Assembly: GCA_012800525.1 (NCBI GenBank)
Contig: JAAZJD010000061.1
Location: forward strand, 25,935-89,934
DNA length: 64,000 nt
Reading direction: 5' to 3'
From: Clostridiales bacterium
GTDB lineage: Bacteria; Bacillota; Clostridia; Christensenellales; DTU072
Program-made: the position numbers and the translations under genes
Part shown: positions 37,328 through 48,467 of the stretch, one piece after another
Position numbering within the stretch: position 1 is the stretch's first letter
How the letters are laid out: each line of letters begins with the position of its first letter
The notes under the pieces: generated by a model
The model's database searches: none
What the model saw: only the letters and a program-made list of their open reading frames with translations
Told to the model about the DNA's origin: nothing

Positions 37328-39964
37328 TTAAACCTCTTCTATTAAAATCTTTTTTATTTCATTTAAAATGGTTAAAGCTTGTATTGGGGTACAATTATTT
37401 AAATCAGCGTGTTCCAATCTTTGTTCTACTTCAGTATATTTACTTGGTATATCAAAAAACCCAATTTGTATATTTGCTTTTGACTTTTTGTGAGGATTTA
37501 AAGTTATTTTATTTACTAACTCTTGGCTATGTTCTTCACCTATTGCTTTTAAAATAATTTTAGCCCTATCGATTATTTCTTGTTTTAAACCTGCCATTTT
37601 TGCTACTTCAACGCCAAAGCTTTTACTCGTACTTCCTCTAGCAATTTTATATAGAAAAGAAATTCCCTCTTTACTTTCAGATATGAGCATATGATAATTT
37701 TTAATTTTATCAAATAAATTTTCTAATTCAGATAACTCATGATAGTGTGTTGCAATTAGTGTTTTTGCTTTAATTGTAGTGGCAATATATTCTGTAACAG
37801 CCCAAGCAATAGATAAGCCATCAAGCGTTGATGTGCCTCTACCTATTTCGTCCAAGATAATCAAACTGTCTTTTGTTGCATTGTTAATTATATTTGTAAC
37901 TTCTGACATTTCTACCATAAACGTTGATTGACCAAATGAAAGATTGTCACTTGCACCTACTCTAGTAAATATCCTATCAAATATGCATGTTTCAACAAAT
38001 TCTGCAGGCACATAAGAACCCATTTGAGCCAAAAGGACAATTAATGCTACTTGGCGCATAAGAGTAGATTTTCCACCCATGTTAGGGCCAGTAATTATTA
38101 TGGTATTACAGTCTTCATTTAACGCGGTGTCATTTGGCACAAAATTTAACATATTGTTCAAATCTTCAATAACGGGATGTCTTCCATTTTTTATTGTTAA
38201 ATTTTTGATAGATGAATCAATTATAGGCTTAGTATAGTTGTTGTTTATTGCAACCACACTTAAACTTAAAATAACATCAATTTCAGCGATTGCTCTTGCA
38301 TTTTCTTGTAGAATTGAAATATTGTCGTTTAACACTTTTTTTATGTTATCAAAAATTTCCAGTTCAAGTGCAAGAGCCTTTTCCTCTGCATTTAATATAT
38401 TTTGTTCCATTTCTTTTAACTCTGTAGTTATATATCGTTCAGAGTTACTTAAAGTTTGTCTTCTATCATAATATGTAGGAACTTGATTCATAAAAGATTT
38501 TGAGACTTCTAAATAATACCCAAAAACTCTATTGTATCCAATTTTTAATGTTTTTAGACCAGTTTTTTCTTTTTCTTTGGCTTCATATTCTGCTAACCAT
38601 TTTTTAGCATCTTTTTGTAGGCTTTTGTATTTATCTAGTTCAGGATGGAATCCTTTTTTTATAAACCCCCCATCTCTAGCTATTAGTGGCGGGGATTCAA
38701 CTAAAGCAGTTTCTAGCATTTTAGCTAGTGATTTTAAGGGTTGTAATCTTCTATAAATACTAATATTATTTTTAGATGATGTGTATACTGACATGTATTC
38801 TTTTACATTAGATATAGAAAACAAGGATTGTAATAAAGATCTACATTCTCTAGGATTTATTGAGTTATATGCTATTTTTGTACAAAGTCTTTCAATGTCA
38901 CTAATTTTTGAAAGTTCGCTTGTTATTAAGTTTATATTATCTTTATGACGTATATGTTCCTCAATTGAGTCTAGTCTATTGTTGATAGCTGAAGATTTGG
39001 TAAAGGGTTCTTGTATGGCTTTTCTAATAGCCCTTGCTCCCATACTCGTTTTTGTTTTATCTAGTAAACCTAATAAACTTCCTCTTTTTGTTCGCTCTGT
39101 AAAACTTTCTAACAACTCTAAGTTTCTTACAGTATTAAAATCCAAAAACATTTTATTCATTTTTCTTAATACAGTAGGAGTTTGTACATGTTTTAGACTT
39201 GTTTTTTGAGTGTTAGTTAAATATTCAAGTAAAGCGCCTAAAGAAGAAATAATAGTTTCCTCAGATTCTAAGTCTAATGCTTTTATGGATTTGGCATTAA
39301 AAAATAACAGTATAGATTTTTTTGCATTTTCAATATCATAAGAATATTCGTAGTATTTTTGTGCTTTGGGAAGTATTTCCATATTTGATATATTAAAATT
39401 ATTAATGATATTAGCACTATCTGCATTTCCAATTATTTCACTTGGATTTATAAAGAGTATTAATTCTTTTAATAACTCAATTTCAAAAGTTTCAAGTTTA
39501 GTAGCCTTTAATTCCCCCGTTGATAAATCAATCCAACTTAATCCAAATTCGCCATTTGAGTTAGAAACCGATAAAAGATAGTTGTTATTTCCTTCATCTA
39601 ACATTTCAGCTTCTATTACAGTACCGGGTGTTATAACACGTACAACATCTCTTTCTACAATGCCTTTTGAATTTTTCGGATCAGATAACTGTTCGCATAT
39701 AGCAACTTTTTTCCCCGCCTTTATAAGTTTTCCTATGTAAGAATCTATTGCATGAAAAGGAACTCCGCACATAGGTGCTCTATCATCTAAACCACAATCT
39801 CTACCAGTAAGTGCAATCTCTAAAATTTTGCTTGCTTCTATTGCATCATCAAAAAACATTTCATAAAAATCACCAAGCCTATATAAAATTATACAATCTG
39901 GGTATTGTTTTTTGATTTCAAAATAATGTTTCATCATTGGAGATAATTTTTCATAATTTATCAT
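37328..39964 (-). CDS. mutS: DNA mismatch repair protein MutS
   Basis: SPMMKHY, RLGDFYEMF, ITGPNMGGKST, STFMVEM, DEIGRGTST, ATHYHEL. Confidence 0.98.
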   Translation of the reverse strand: MINYEKLSPMMKHYFEIKKQYPDCIILYRLGDFYEMFFDDAIEASKILEIALTGRDCGLDDRAPMCGVPFHAIDSYIGKLIKAGKKVAICEQLSDPKNSKGIVERDVVRVITPGTVIEAEMLDEGNNNYLLSVSNSNGEFGLSWIDLSTGELKATKLETFEIELLKELILFINPSEIIGNADSANIINNFNISNMEILPKAQKYYEYSYDIENAKKSILLFFNAKSIKALDLESEETIISSLGALLEYLTNTQKTSLKHVQTPTVLRKMNKMFLDFNTVRNLELLESFTERTKRGSLLGLLDKTKTSMGARAIRKAIQEPFTKSSAINNRLDSIEEHIRHKDNINLITSELSKISDIERLCTKIAYNSINPRECRSLLQSLFSISNVKEYMSVYTSSKNNISIYRRLQPLKSLAKMLETALVESPPLIARDGGFIKKGFHPELDKYKSLQKDAKKWLAEYEAKEKEKTGLKTLKIGYNRVFGYYLEVSKSFMNQVPTYYDRRQTLSNSERYITTELKEMEQNILNAEEKALALELEIFDNIKKVLNDNISILQENARAIAEIDVILSLSVVAINNNYTKPIIDSSIKNLTIKNGRHPVIEDLNNMLNFVPNDTALNEDCNTIIITGPNMGGKSTLMRQVALIVLLAQMGSYVPAEFVETCIFDRIFTRVGASDNLSFGQSTFMVEMSEVTNIINNATKDSLIILDEIGRGTSTLDGLSIAWAVTEYIATTIKAKTLIATHYHELSELENLFDKIKNYHMLISESKEGISFLYKIARGSTSKSFGVEVAKMAGLKQEIIDRAKIILKAIGEEHSQELVNKITLNPHKKSKANIQIGFFDIPSKYTEVEQRLEHADLNNCTPIQALTILNEIKKILIEEV

Positions 39965-41313
39965 ATTACTTCTCCTAATAATGCAGAAATTCCTGCATTT
40001 TTAATCTTAATTTTAACAAAGCATCCAAGTAAGGATATATCATTATTTTTGATGTTGACTTGTTTCCCATCTTGAAGTCTTGCAATGAGAATTTTGTTTT
40101 TATGATCATAAGATTCAACAAATGCGGTATATGTATTATTTACATACTCATTTGATATATTTTTGGCTATTATATTTTGTTTTTTAATTAATTTCATTAT
40201 ACGTTCTTTTTTTATTTCAGGGGCAATTTGTGGCATTTCACTTGCAGGAGTTCCTTTTCTTTGTGAATAAATGAAAGTAAAGGCATTCATAAATTGAGCT
40301 TTTTCAATTATGTCCAAGGTATCTAAAAAATCTTCTTCGGTTTCATATGGAAATCCAACCATTATATCTGTAGTTATTCCACAGTGGGGAATTTTGTCCC
40401 TAATGATTTTAATTATGTTTAGGTACTGTTCCCTATTATATTTACGATTCATTAAATTTAATATTTTATTTGAACCAGATTGCAAAGGCAAGTGTATATT
40501 ATTGCAAATGTGCTTGCTATTGGCTATTGTAGTTATAATATTTTCATCTAAATCTTTTGGATGTGAAGTCATAAATCTTATCCAAAACTCTTTAACAACG
40601 TTAATATTATCTATCATAATTAAGAGTTTATTGAAGTCAATATCTTCAAACTTATAACTGTTAACATTTTGTCCTAATAATGTAATTTCCTTAATTCCAT
40701 TACTTAAAAGACCAGTGATTTCTTCAATGATCTTTTGTGGATTTCTGCTTATTTCGGGTCCACGAACATATGGCACTATACAGTAAGTACAAAAATTATT
40801 ACAGCCGTATGTTATGTTTACAAAGGCTTTATACTTAGACTCTCTATATATTGGGAAATCTTCAATTATATTATTATTGTCTAAAGATTCAATTTGAACA
40901 ATTTTTTTCTTTTTTGAAAGTTCATTAATATGTTTTACTAGATCAAGGTGATTATTGCTTCCAAGTATTATATCTATATAATTATATGTATTTAAAATGC
41001 TTGTAGCTTTACCTTCTTGCTGTGTCATACAGCCCACAATTGCAATGATAAGATTTTTATTTTTTCTCTTTAAGGCTTTTAATTCTCCTATTTTAGATAA
41101 AATTTTTTTCTCAGCCGTATCTCTTATACAGCATGTGTTAAATACAATAATGTCAGCCATTTGCATATTACTAACTTTAGTATAACCATTGGAGCTTAAT
41201 AAACCTGCGATTTTTTCAGATTCGTGTACATTCATTTGACATCCAAATGTCTGAATAAAGTATCTAAATTTATTTTGCAATAAAATTTTATTCATAATTT
41301 TAAAAACTTTCAA
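39961..41313 (-). CDS. miaB: tRNA 2-methylthio-N6-isopentenyladenosine synthase
   Basis: TFGCQMN, NTCCIR, GCNNFCTYC radical-SAM motif, C-terminal TRAM. Start may be 41295. Confidence 0.96.
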   Translation of the reverse strand: MKVFKIMNKILLQNKFRYFIQTFGCQMNVHESEKIAGLLSSNGYTKVSNMQMADIIVFNTCCIRDTAEKKILSKIGELKALKRKNKNLIIAIVGCMTQQEGKATSILNTYNYIDIILGSNNHLDLVKHINELSKKKKIVQIESLDNNNIIEDFPIYRESKYKAFVNITYGCNNFCTYCIVPYVRGPEISRNPQKIIEEITGLLSNGIKEITLLGQNVNSYKFEDIDFNKLLIMIDNINVVKEFWIRFMTSHPKDLDENIITTIANSKHICNNIHLPLQSGSNKILNLMNRKYNREQYLNIIKIIRDKIPHCGITTDIMVGFPYETEEDFLDTLDIIEKAQFMNAFTFIYSQRKGTPASEMPQIAPEIKKERIMKLIKKQNIIAKNISNEYVNNTYTAFVESYDHKNKILIARLQDGKQVNIKNNDISLLGCFVKIKIKNAGISALLGEVI

Positions 41314-42460
41314 TTGTTGTCATAGCAACGGCATCATTAACTAAAGCTTCTATATCGAGCTCATTTTCAAATTTTTTTACCATATCAAGTTTAGGTTTAA
41401 TAGCAGGTTTTTGAGGAACAAATACCGTACAACAATCCTGAAAAGGTCTGATACTAATATCGTATGTGTTTATGTCGTTTGCAATATCTATTATTTCTGT
41501 TTTATCAAATGCAATTAGAGGCCTTAGAACAGGTAATATGGTGGCATTATCAGTGCAAATAATACTTGGTATAGTTTGTGATGCTACTTGTCCTAAGCTT
41601 TCGCCAGTAACAATAGCTTCAGAGTTGTTATTTTTAGATATTTTTTCTGCAATTCTCATCATGAAACGTCTCATAATGGTTATCATATATGAATCAGGGC
41701 ATTTTTTATAAATATTTTCTTGAATCTTTGTAAATGGTACAATGAATAAATCAATTTTTTTTGCATATTCTGAAAGCTTCTTTACCAAGTCTTTTACCTT
41801 TAATAATGCCAGTTCACTTGTATATGGGAAAGAATAAAAATGAATAGCTATTAATTGTACACCTCTTTTAGCAATCATAAAACCAGCGACAGGACTATCA
41901 ATGCCTCCAGAGAGTAGCAAGCTTGCTTTGCCAGAAGTTCCAACTGGAAGTCCGCCAGCTCCTTTTATTGTTTCAAAGAATATATAAGCAAAATTATTTT
42001 CTCTAATATCAATATTAAGATTAAAGTCATAATCAAATAAATTAACAGATAATTGATTGAATTTTTTTAATATTTCAGCACCTAAATATGCAGAAAACTC
42101 CATAGAAGTCATTGGAAATTTTTTATATGCTCTTTTAGTCGTAACTCGAAAAGTTCCTTCTTTTGGTATAACATTCATAACAACATTTTTTATTGAATCT
42201 ACATCTATTGAAACTTTATATGCTTGACTTATGGTTGAAATACCAAAAATTTTTTTTAAAATATTGAGAATATCATTCAAATTAGATAGATTAAATTTTT
42301 CAACATAAAATCTATTTTGCGATTTTAAGATAGTAGCCTCATATTCTTTGAGAGCATCTTTAATGTTGTTAAATAAACAATTTTCAAATAGAAATTTATT
42401 TTTACCTTTTAAAAACAATTCACCGGGTCTAATAATTATACAATTAACATTATATTTCAT
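41300..42460 (-). CDS. thiI: tRNA 4-thiouridine synthase ThiI (no rhodanese domain)
   Basis: GELFLKGKN, THUMP domain, LLSGGIDSPVA, GESLGQVASQT, DCC. Confidence 0.96.
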   Translation of the reverse strand: MKYNVNCIIIRPGELFLKGKNKFLFENCLFNNIKDALKEYEATILKSQNRFYVEKFNLSNLNDILNILKKIFGISTISQAYKVSIDVDSIKNVVMNVIPKEGTFRVTTKRAYKKFPMTSMEFSAYLGAEILKKFNQLSVNLFDYDFNLNIDIRENNFAYIFFETIKGAGGLPVGTSGKASLLLSGGIDSPVAGFMIAKRGVQLIAIHFYSFPYTSELALLKVKDLVKKLSEYAKKIDLFIVPFTKIQENIYKKCPDSYMITIMRRFMMRIAEKISKNNNSEAIVTGESLGQVASQTIPSIICTDNATILPVLRPLIAFDKTEIIDIANDINTYDISIRPFQDCCTVFVPQKPAIKPKLDMVKKFENELDIEALVNDAVAMTTIESF

Positions 42461-42461
42461 T

Positions 42462-43628
42462 TTATACTCCTGAATTTAATTGATTATATATTTTATTGTA
42501 TTCTAGAGAAAATATGTTTAAGAATTTTTGTATTTGCTCTTCATTAGTTTCTTCAGAAAAGCTTAATCTAATTATTCCATGTTTATATTCGTTACCCAAT
42601 TTAAGAGCATTTGAAATTCTTAAATTATGTTTTGATGAATTGCAAGCACTTCCGGTGCCTACAAATATTTTATTTTCTTCTAAAATGTGCTGCATAATTT
42701 CTGACTTTACTTTTTTCATAGCAAATGAAAAAATATGATAGTTACTATTTTCAATTTTAGTAAGAATTTTGATGTTATCCAATTTTGAAAAATAGTGATT
42801 AAGTTTTTGTTGAAAGGATTTCGTTTTTTGAATATTATCTTCAAGTTTTTTCAATTTGTGAATTAATGCTAGTTCCATACATAATATTGCAGTAATATTT
42901 TCGGTAGAAGATCGTATGTTTAGTTCCTGACCGCCGCCATATATAAAAGGTTTTATGTTTATTTGCGATTTAGCATATAATGCAGCAGCACCTTTAATGC
43001 CTCCAAATTTATGTGCACTAATTGAATATAGATCAACATCCAATTCTTTCATGTCAACTGGAATTTTACCGACAGCTTGCACTCCATCAGCATGAAATAT
43101 GATATTTTTATTAGCACACTTAGATAAAGAGTTAAGTAATTTTATATCATTAACTGCCCCTGTTTCATTGTTGACATGCATTATTGAAACCAATTTAGTA
43201 TCGGGAGTTAAAATTTGTTTAAATTTTTCCAAACAAATTTGGCCATTTAAGTTTACAGGAGCAAAGCAAATATTATAGCCTAACGACTTTAGCAATGTGG
43301 TTACATTAAAAACTGATGAATGTTCAGCATTGCCAACAATAATTTTAGAACCTTTTGGTATAGACAAACAACTTAAAGCTATATTATTTGCTTCTGAGCC
43401 TGATGAAGTAAAAACTAATTTCCCTTCGCTTCCATTTAGTTTATTTAGAATGTTTTTTCTAGCTTTTTCCAAATCTTTTTTTACTTCAATTGCTTTACTA
43501 TATGTCGCAGATGGATTGTAAAAACTTGAGAAAGTATATTTTTGAATTATATCCATACAGCCACTTAAACTACATGTAGTTGCAGCATTATCTAAATATA
43601 TTAAATTTTCTTTTGAATTATTTCCCAT
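42462..43628 (-). CDS. Cysteine desulfurase (IscS/NifZ type, partner of ThiI)
   Basis: YLDNAATT, FTSSGSEAN, VNNETG, DGVQA, SAHKFGG, GSAC. Confidence 0.95.
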   Translation of the reverse strand: MGNNSKENLIYLDNAATTCSLSGCMDIIQKYTFSSFYNPSATYSKAIEVKKDLEKARKNILNKLNGSEGKLVFTSSGSEANNIALSCLSIPKGSKIIVGNAEHSSVFNVTTLLKSLGYNICFAPVNLNGQICLEKFKQILTPDTKLVSIMHVNNETGAVNDIKLLNSLSKCANKNIIFHADGVQAVGKIPVDMKELDVDLYSISAHKFGGIKGAAALYAKSQINIKPFIYGGGQELNIRSSTENITAILCMELALIHKLKKLEDNIQKTKSFQQKLNHYFSKLDNIKILTKIENSNYHIFSFAMKKVKSEIMQHILEENKIFVGTGSACNSSKHNLRISNALKLGNEYKHGIIRLSFSEETNEEQIQKFLNIFSLEYNKIYNQLNSGV

Positions 43629-43644
43629 ATTAATTTTAATTGTT

Positions 43645-46020
43645 TTAATAAAAATTGACCATAGTTACCCCGGAGCCTCCCTCTCCGAATCTACCTTCTC
43701 TATAGGATTTAACTATTGAGCTATTTGATAGTGCTTTTTCAACAACAGCTTTAAGTTTGCCAGTTCCATATCCATGTACAATCTTCACTTGTTGATATTT
43801 AGAGGCATATGCATCAGAAATATATTGTGTTAGAATCATTTCTGCTTCAAGTCCCGTAAGTCCTATTAAATTTAATTCCATTGGTATCGCCCTACTAGAT
43901 AAATTATGGCTAAAAATAGAGCCAACTTTAATGTTTTCATCAAAATCAGTCTTTTTGTTAGCTAGGGGGATTAAATCAGATACGTCAAAAATTCCAGCAA
44001 AATTTCCCAATTTAATTTGAAATTTATTTTTTTTCAATATTTCAATGATAATTCCTTCTTGATTTAAAGATTTAACAAACACGCTATCATTGATATTAAA
44101 ACTTTTAAGGCTATTATTTAATTGTGGAGTTTCAGTATCTAGGTTTGAATCAATTTGATTATCGTTTATTTTTTTTAGCTTGCTTTTTAAATCTCTCGCT
44201 TTAAATAAATTTTTTGTTGTTGGATTTTCTGCAAGTTGTTTAATGTCATCAACAATTTTATCTATTTCAACAAGTTTATTTTTTATATATTTAGCTTTAA
44301 AGTTTTCAGCTTTATTTTGCAAGTTTTCTTTAATTCTTTTAATGTTTTCGAGCTCTTTTTCTATTTCTTTTTGCTTTTCTGCATTGGTATTTAAAATCAA
44401 ATCTAATTTTTGTTGCTTCGAGTTTAAGTCAGTTCGCATTTTTTCAATTGATTTAAGCAAATCTTCCGTTTTAATATCAATTTTATTCATTTTTTTTGTA
44501 GCATTATCAATTATTTCTTGTTTTAGTCCGAGTTTAGAGGCTATAAATAAAGCATTTGAAAATCCCGGGGAACCTACTAACAAATTAAATGTGGGCTCAT
44601 AAGTGTTATGGTCAAATTCCATTGATGCATTTTGAAAATTTGATTTTACTAATGCATATTCTTTTAATTCATTATAATGTGTAGTTATTAATGCTTTTAC
44701 TTTAACTTTTTCAAGATAGTCTACTATGGATAAAGCAAGAGCAGAGCCTTCTTTTGGATCAGTTCCTGCTCCCAATTCATCTAATAATACTAAGGATTTT
44801 TCATCAACGTTATCAACAATATATTTAATATTTGATATGTGAGATGAAAAAGTTGAAAGATTTTGTTCAATACTTTGCTCGTCGCCTATATCACAGTATA
44901 CAGAACTAAATATGGAAATATTTGCTGATTCCGCATGAACATATATCCCAGCCATAGCCATTAAAACAAACAGTCCTACAAGTTTTAATGTGACAGTCTT
45001 ACCGCCAGTATTAGGTCCTGTAATAATTAAAATGTTAAAAGTTTTCCCTATTGATATTGTAGTTGGAACAACTTTGTTTAAATCAATTAATGGATGTCTT
45101 CCTTTGCTTATGTCTATGATGCCTTTATTATTTATAATTGGGCGTATTGCTTTATGGTGCTTAGCATAATATACTTTTGCAAAAAGCATATCTAATTTTA
45201 TCATTTTGTCATAATCACATCCTATTTGATCTGCATTTATTGATATTTCTAAAGTGAGAGCATACAATATTTTTTGTATCTCGGACTCCTCATCAAGCTG
45301 AAGTGCTTTTAAATCATTATTTAATTCAACGATAGACATAGGCTCAATGTATAGAGTTTGCCCCGAAGCGCTTCTATCATGTATTAATCCAGGAATAAAA
45401 CTTCTATATTCTGCTTTCACTGGCAAAACATATCTATCATTGCGTATTGTAACAATATTATCTTGTAAACAAGCAGCATAAATTGGGGAGGTTGAAAATT
45501 TATTGATTTGCTTTTTGATTTGATCGCTTTTATTTCTTATTTCTTTGCGAATTTTAGCAAGATTTACTGAAGCGTTATCATTTATTTCGGTTTCGGAAAT
45601 TATACATCTCTCAATTTCATTGAGAAGTTTTTTTTGATTAGATATACTAGAAACAAGATTTTTTAAGTCGGGAGTTGAATCGTCACACAAAATAACTAAG
45701 TTATTTTTTGTTATCGAGGCAGCTTTAATCATTTTGGCTATTTTTATGATGTCTGATATTGATAATAAAGAAGAAAGCTTTGCTTTTTGTAGAATTAATC
45801 TAATATCTTCAAAAGAAAAACTTACATGACATTTTCCGGTTGTTTCAACAATTACAGTTTGCTCAACTAAATCCAGTTCATTATTTAATTTTGTAATATT
45901 TTCATATGGCTTTGTTTGAAGTAATAATTCTTTTGCAGATGATGTTGAGGCAAACTTAGCAATATTTTTAAGGATTTTATTAAATTCTAATAAATTATAA
46001 ATTTTTTCTAATTGTTTCAC
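43645..46020 (-). CDS. mutS2: MutS2 (Smr-domain ATPase)
   Basis: ITGPNTGGKT, SLSTFS-like NLSTFSSH, DELGAGTDP, TTHY, C-terminal Smr (IVHGYGTG). Confidence 0.96.
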   Translation of the reverse strand: MKQLEKIYNLLEFNKILKNIAKFASTSSAKELLLQTKPYENITKLNNELDLVEQTVIVETTGKCHVSFSFEDIRLILQKAKLSSLLSISDIIKIAKMIKAASITKNNLVILCDDSTPDLKNLVSSISNQKKLLNEIERCIISETEINDNASVNLAKIRKEIRNKSDQIKKQINKFSTSPIYAACLQDNIVTIRNDRYVLPVKAEYRSFIPGLIHDRSASGQTLYIEPMSIVELNNDLKALQLDEESEIQKILYALTLEISINADQIGCDYDKMIKLDMLFAKVYYAKHHKAIRPIINNKGIIDISKGRHPLIDLNKVVPTTISIGKTFNILIITGPNTGGKTVTLKLVGLFVLMAMAGIYVHAESANISIFSSVYCDIGDEQSIEQNLSTFSSHISNIKYIVDNVDEKSLVLLDELGAGTDPKEGSALALSIVDYLEKVKVKALITTHYNELKEYALVKSNFQNASMEFDHNTYEPTFNLLVGSPGFSNALFIASKLGLKQEIIDNATKKMNKIDIKTEDLLKSIEKMRTDLNSKQQKLDLILNTNAEKQKEIEKELENIKRIKENLQNKAENFKAKYIKNKLVEIDKIVDDIKQLAENPTTKNLFKARDLKSKLKKINDNQIDSNLDTETPQLNNSLKSFNINDSVFVKSLNQEGIIIEILKKNKFQIKLGNFAGIFDVSDLIPLANKKTDFDENIKVGSIFSHNLSSRAIPMELNLIGLTGLEAEMILTQYISDAYASKYQQVKIVHGYGTGKLKAVVEKALSNSSIVKSYREGRFGEGGSGVTMVNFY

Positions 46021-46045
46021 CTCAAACTCCCTATTATAATATTAG

Positions 46046-48457
46046 TTATCTCAAAGTAGCATGAATTTTTTCATATAAGCTTTTTATTATTTTTTCAGAT
46101 ATTGTATTAATGTCATTTTCGTTTAAAGATTTCGTATCGCTTTGCAAAACTACTCTCAAAGCAATACTTTTTTTGTTTTTTTCAATCTGTTCACCTTGAT
46201 AAACATCAAAAATATTAACTGATTTGATATATGGCCTTGCAGCATCACTGATAATATCAATAATTGTTTGAGCTTCTATATTGTTCTCACAAACAATAGC
46301 AAAATCTCTTTCTACAGGCTGATACTTGGAAATCATTGAATATCCTTTATAGCCTTTGTATTCTTCAAAAACTAAATCTAAATTAATTTCAGCCAAAAAA
46401 GAATTGGAAGATATATTATAATTCTTAGTTAGCTTATTATTTATTTGTCCAATAAAGCCTACCTTTATTTCTTCTTTGTTTTCGCGTTGAATAAATATAT
46501 CCGCAGTTACATATGGGTGTAAAAAATTATAGTTTGAAGATTTAAATCTAACATTAATTGATAGTTTATCAAAAATAGCTTCCACAATAGCCTTAAATGA
46601 ATAAAAATCTCCATTATCATAGGAGCCTAAACAAAGCATTAAGTGTTCATTTATATTGAGTTTTTTTGCGTTTTCCCATTTGTATGTTTTACTGATTTCA
46701 AAAAATGTTGCCGACTTATTACTTCTACTAAAATTTTTTTCCATTACATTGAGCATACTTGGTATTAAAGTTGTTCTCATTATAGACATATCCAATCCTA
46801 ATGGGTTAGACAAGGTAATAGCATTTCTTAATTCATCTTCTTTTAATAAATTAATTTTATCAAAGTCACTTTCTCCTATGAACGAATATGTCATTATTTC
46901 ATATAATCCATTATATATAGCTAAATTTCTAATATTATTTAAACACGTTTCCTTTGTATTTATAGTGCCTACTGTTAATGTGAAACTAGTGTGCTCATCT
47001 GATTCAAGTTTATCATAGCCGTATATTCTTATAATTTCTTCAGCAACATCATTGATGGAAGAAATATCGGTTCTATATTGTGGAGCTGTAACTTGGAAAA
47101 TTCCGTCTTTGGATAATGTTATTTCAAAATTTAAGCCTTTAAGAATTTTTTCAATTATATGTTGCTCTACATAAATACCTAAAACTTTTTCAATATCAAG
47201 AGCTGTAAAAGTTATTTGTGGATTTTCTTGATAATTAAGTATAAATCCGTCATAAATTCTTTTTACCTTCCCCCATTTGTATTTTTCTACAAAAAATAAA
47301 AACATTTCCAAAGCGAGAAGCTGGGTTGTAAAGTTAACACCTTTTTCAAAATTCGCAGAACTATCTGTACGAATACCAAGATGTTTAGAGGTTTTTCTCA
47401 CGGTTTCTTTGCTGAATACAGCACTTTCTAATGCTATTGTTTTCGTGTGTTTGGTTATGGAGCTATCTAGTCCACCAATAACCCCTGCTATTGCCATAGC
47501 CTTATTTTTATTAGCAATAATTAAATCTTCTTCAGAGAGTAAATACTCTTTTCCATCTAATGCTTTAAGTTTTTCATTCTTGATAGCATTTCGAACTATA
47601 ATTTGCTTTCCTTCAATTTTGTCATAATCAAAAGCATGCATTGGCTGTCCGATAGACACTAGAATATAATTGGTTAAATCCACAAAATTATTTATAGAGC
47701 GTATCCCAACAGCTTTTAATTTATTTTTGATCGCTCTTGGTGTTGGTAAAATTTTAACATCTTCAATAAGAGCAGTGAAATAAGCAAAACATTTATTGTG
47801 TTCCATATTATCAATTTTTAATTTGTTTTCCAAACTAGGTGATTTTTCTATTTGTAAACAATTAATTTTTTTCAATGGTTTGGATAAGATACAAGAAAGC
47901 TCTCTAGCAATTCCTAATATGCTGTTTGCATCGGGTCTATTTGATGTTATTGAAATATCAAGAATCAAGTCATTTAATTCCCAAAAATCGCAAAAACTAA
48001 CCCCAGGGTTTATATTGTTTCCATTAAGTTTTAAAACTTCTTTATCATCAATATGATAATCAAAATCGTCTTGAGTTAAATTTAAATCAGTAATTCCACA
48101 AAACATCCCTTGAGATAAAACTCCACGTATTTCTGTGTTTTTTATGGTTAATCCACTAAAAAGAGTTGCATCTTCCAGGGCCAAAAATACAAAATCACCA
48201 ACATTTAAAGTTTTTGAGTTTGTAATTACTTGTTTTAAAACCCCATTATTAATTTCAGCTTGACAAACTTTAAGGTTAGAAGCATGCGGATGATCGTTAA
48301 TTTCAACAATTTTACTTGTCACTATGTTTGTATATTGTTTTCTTTGATCGATAATTTGTTCAACCTCAAAGCCAGAGTTAATAAGCTTTTGAGCAATTTC
48401 ATTGATATCTAATTCAAAATTGATATATTCTTTAAGCCATTTAATCGGTATTAACAT
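46046..48457 (-). CDS. pheT: Phenylalanine-tRNA ligase beta subunit
   Basis: HPHASNL, SRG-like SQGMFC, SNRPD, GQPMHAFD, FEKG, RIYGYD, RDFA. Confidence 0.97.
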   Translation of the reverse strand: MLIPIKWLKEYINFELDINEIAQKLINSGFEVEQIIDQRKQYTNIVTSKIVEINDHPHASNLKVCQAEINNGVLKQVITNSKTLNVGDFVFLALEDATLFSGLTIKNTEIRGVLSQGMFCGITDLNLTQDDFDYHIDDKEVLKLNGNNINPGVSFCDFWELNDLILDISITSNRPDANSILGIARELSCILSKPLKKINCLQIEKSPSLENKLKIDNMEHNKCFAYFTALIEDVKILPTPRAIKNKLKAVGIRSINNFVDLTNYILVSIGQPMHAFDYDKIEGKQIIVRNAIKNEKLKALDGKEYLLSEEDLIIANKNKAMAIAGVIGGLDSSITKHTKTIALESAVFSKETVRKTSKHLGIRTDSSANFEKGVNFTTQLLALEMFLFFVEKYKWGKVKRIYDGFILNYQENPQITFTALDIEKVLGIYVEQHIIEKILKGLNFEITLSKDGIFQVTAPQYRTDISSINDVAEEIIRIYGYDKLESDEHTSFTLTVGTINTKETCLNNIRNLAIYNGLYEIMTYSFIGESDFDKINLLKEDELRNAITLSNPLGLDMSIMRTTLIPSMLNVMEKNFSRSNKSATFFEISKTYKWENAKKLNINEHLMLCLGSYDNGDFYSFKAIVEAIFDKLSINVRFKSSNYNFLHPYVTADIFIQRENKEEIKVGFIGQINNKLTKNYNISSNSFLAEINLDLVFEEYKGYKGYSMISKYQPVERDFAIVCENNIEAQTIIDIISDAARPYIKSVNIFDVYQGEQIEKNKKSIALRVVLQSDTKSLNENDINTISEKIIKSLYEKIHATLR

Positions 48458-48467
48458 AATTTTCCCC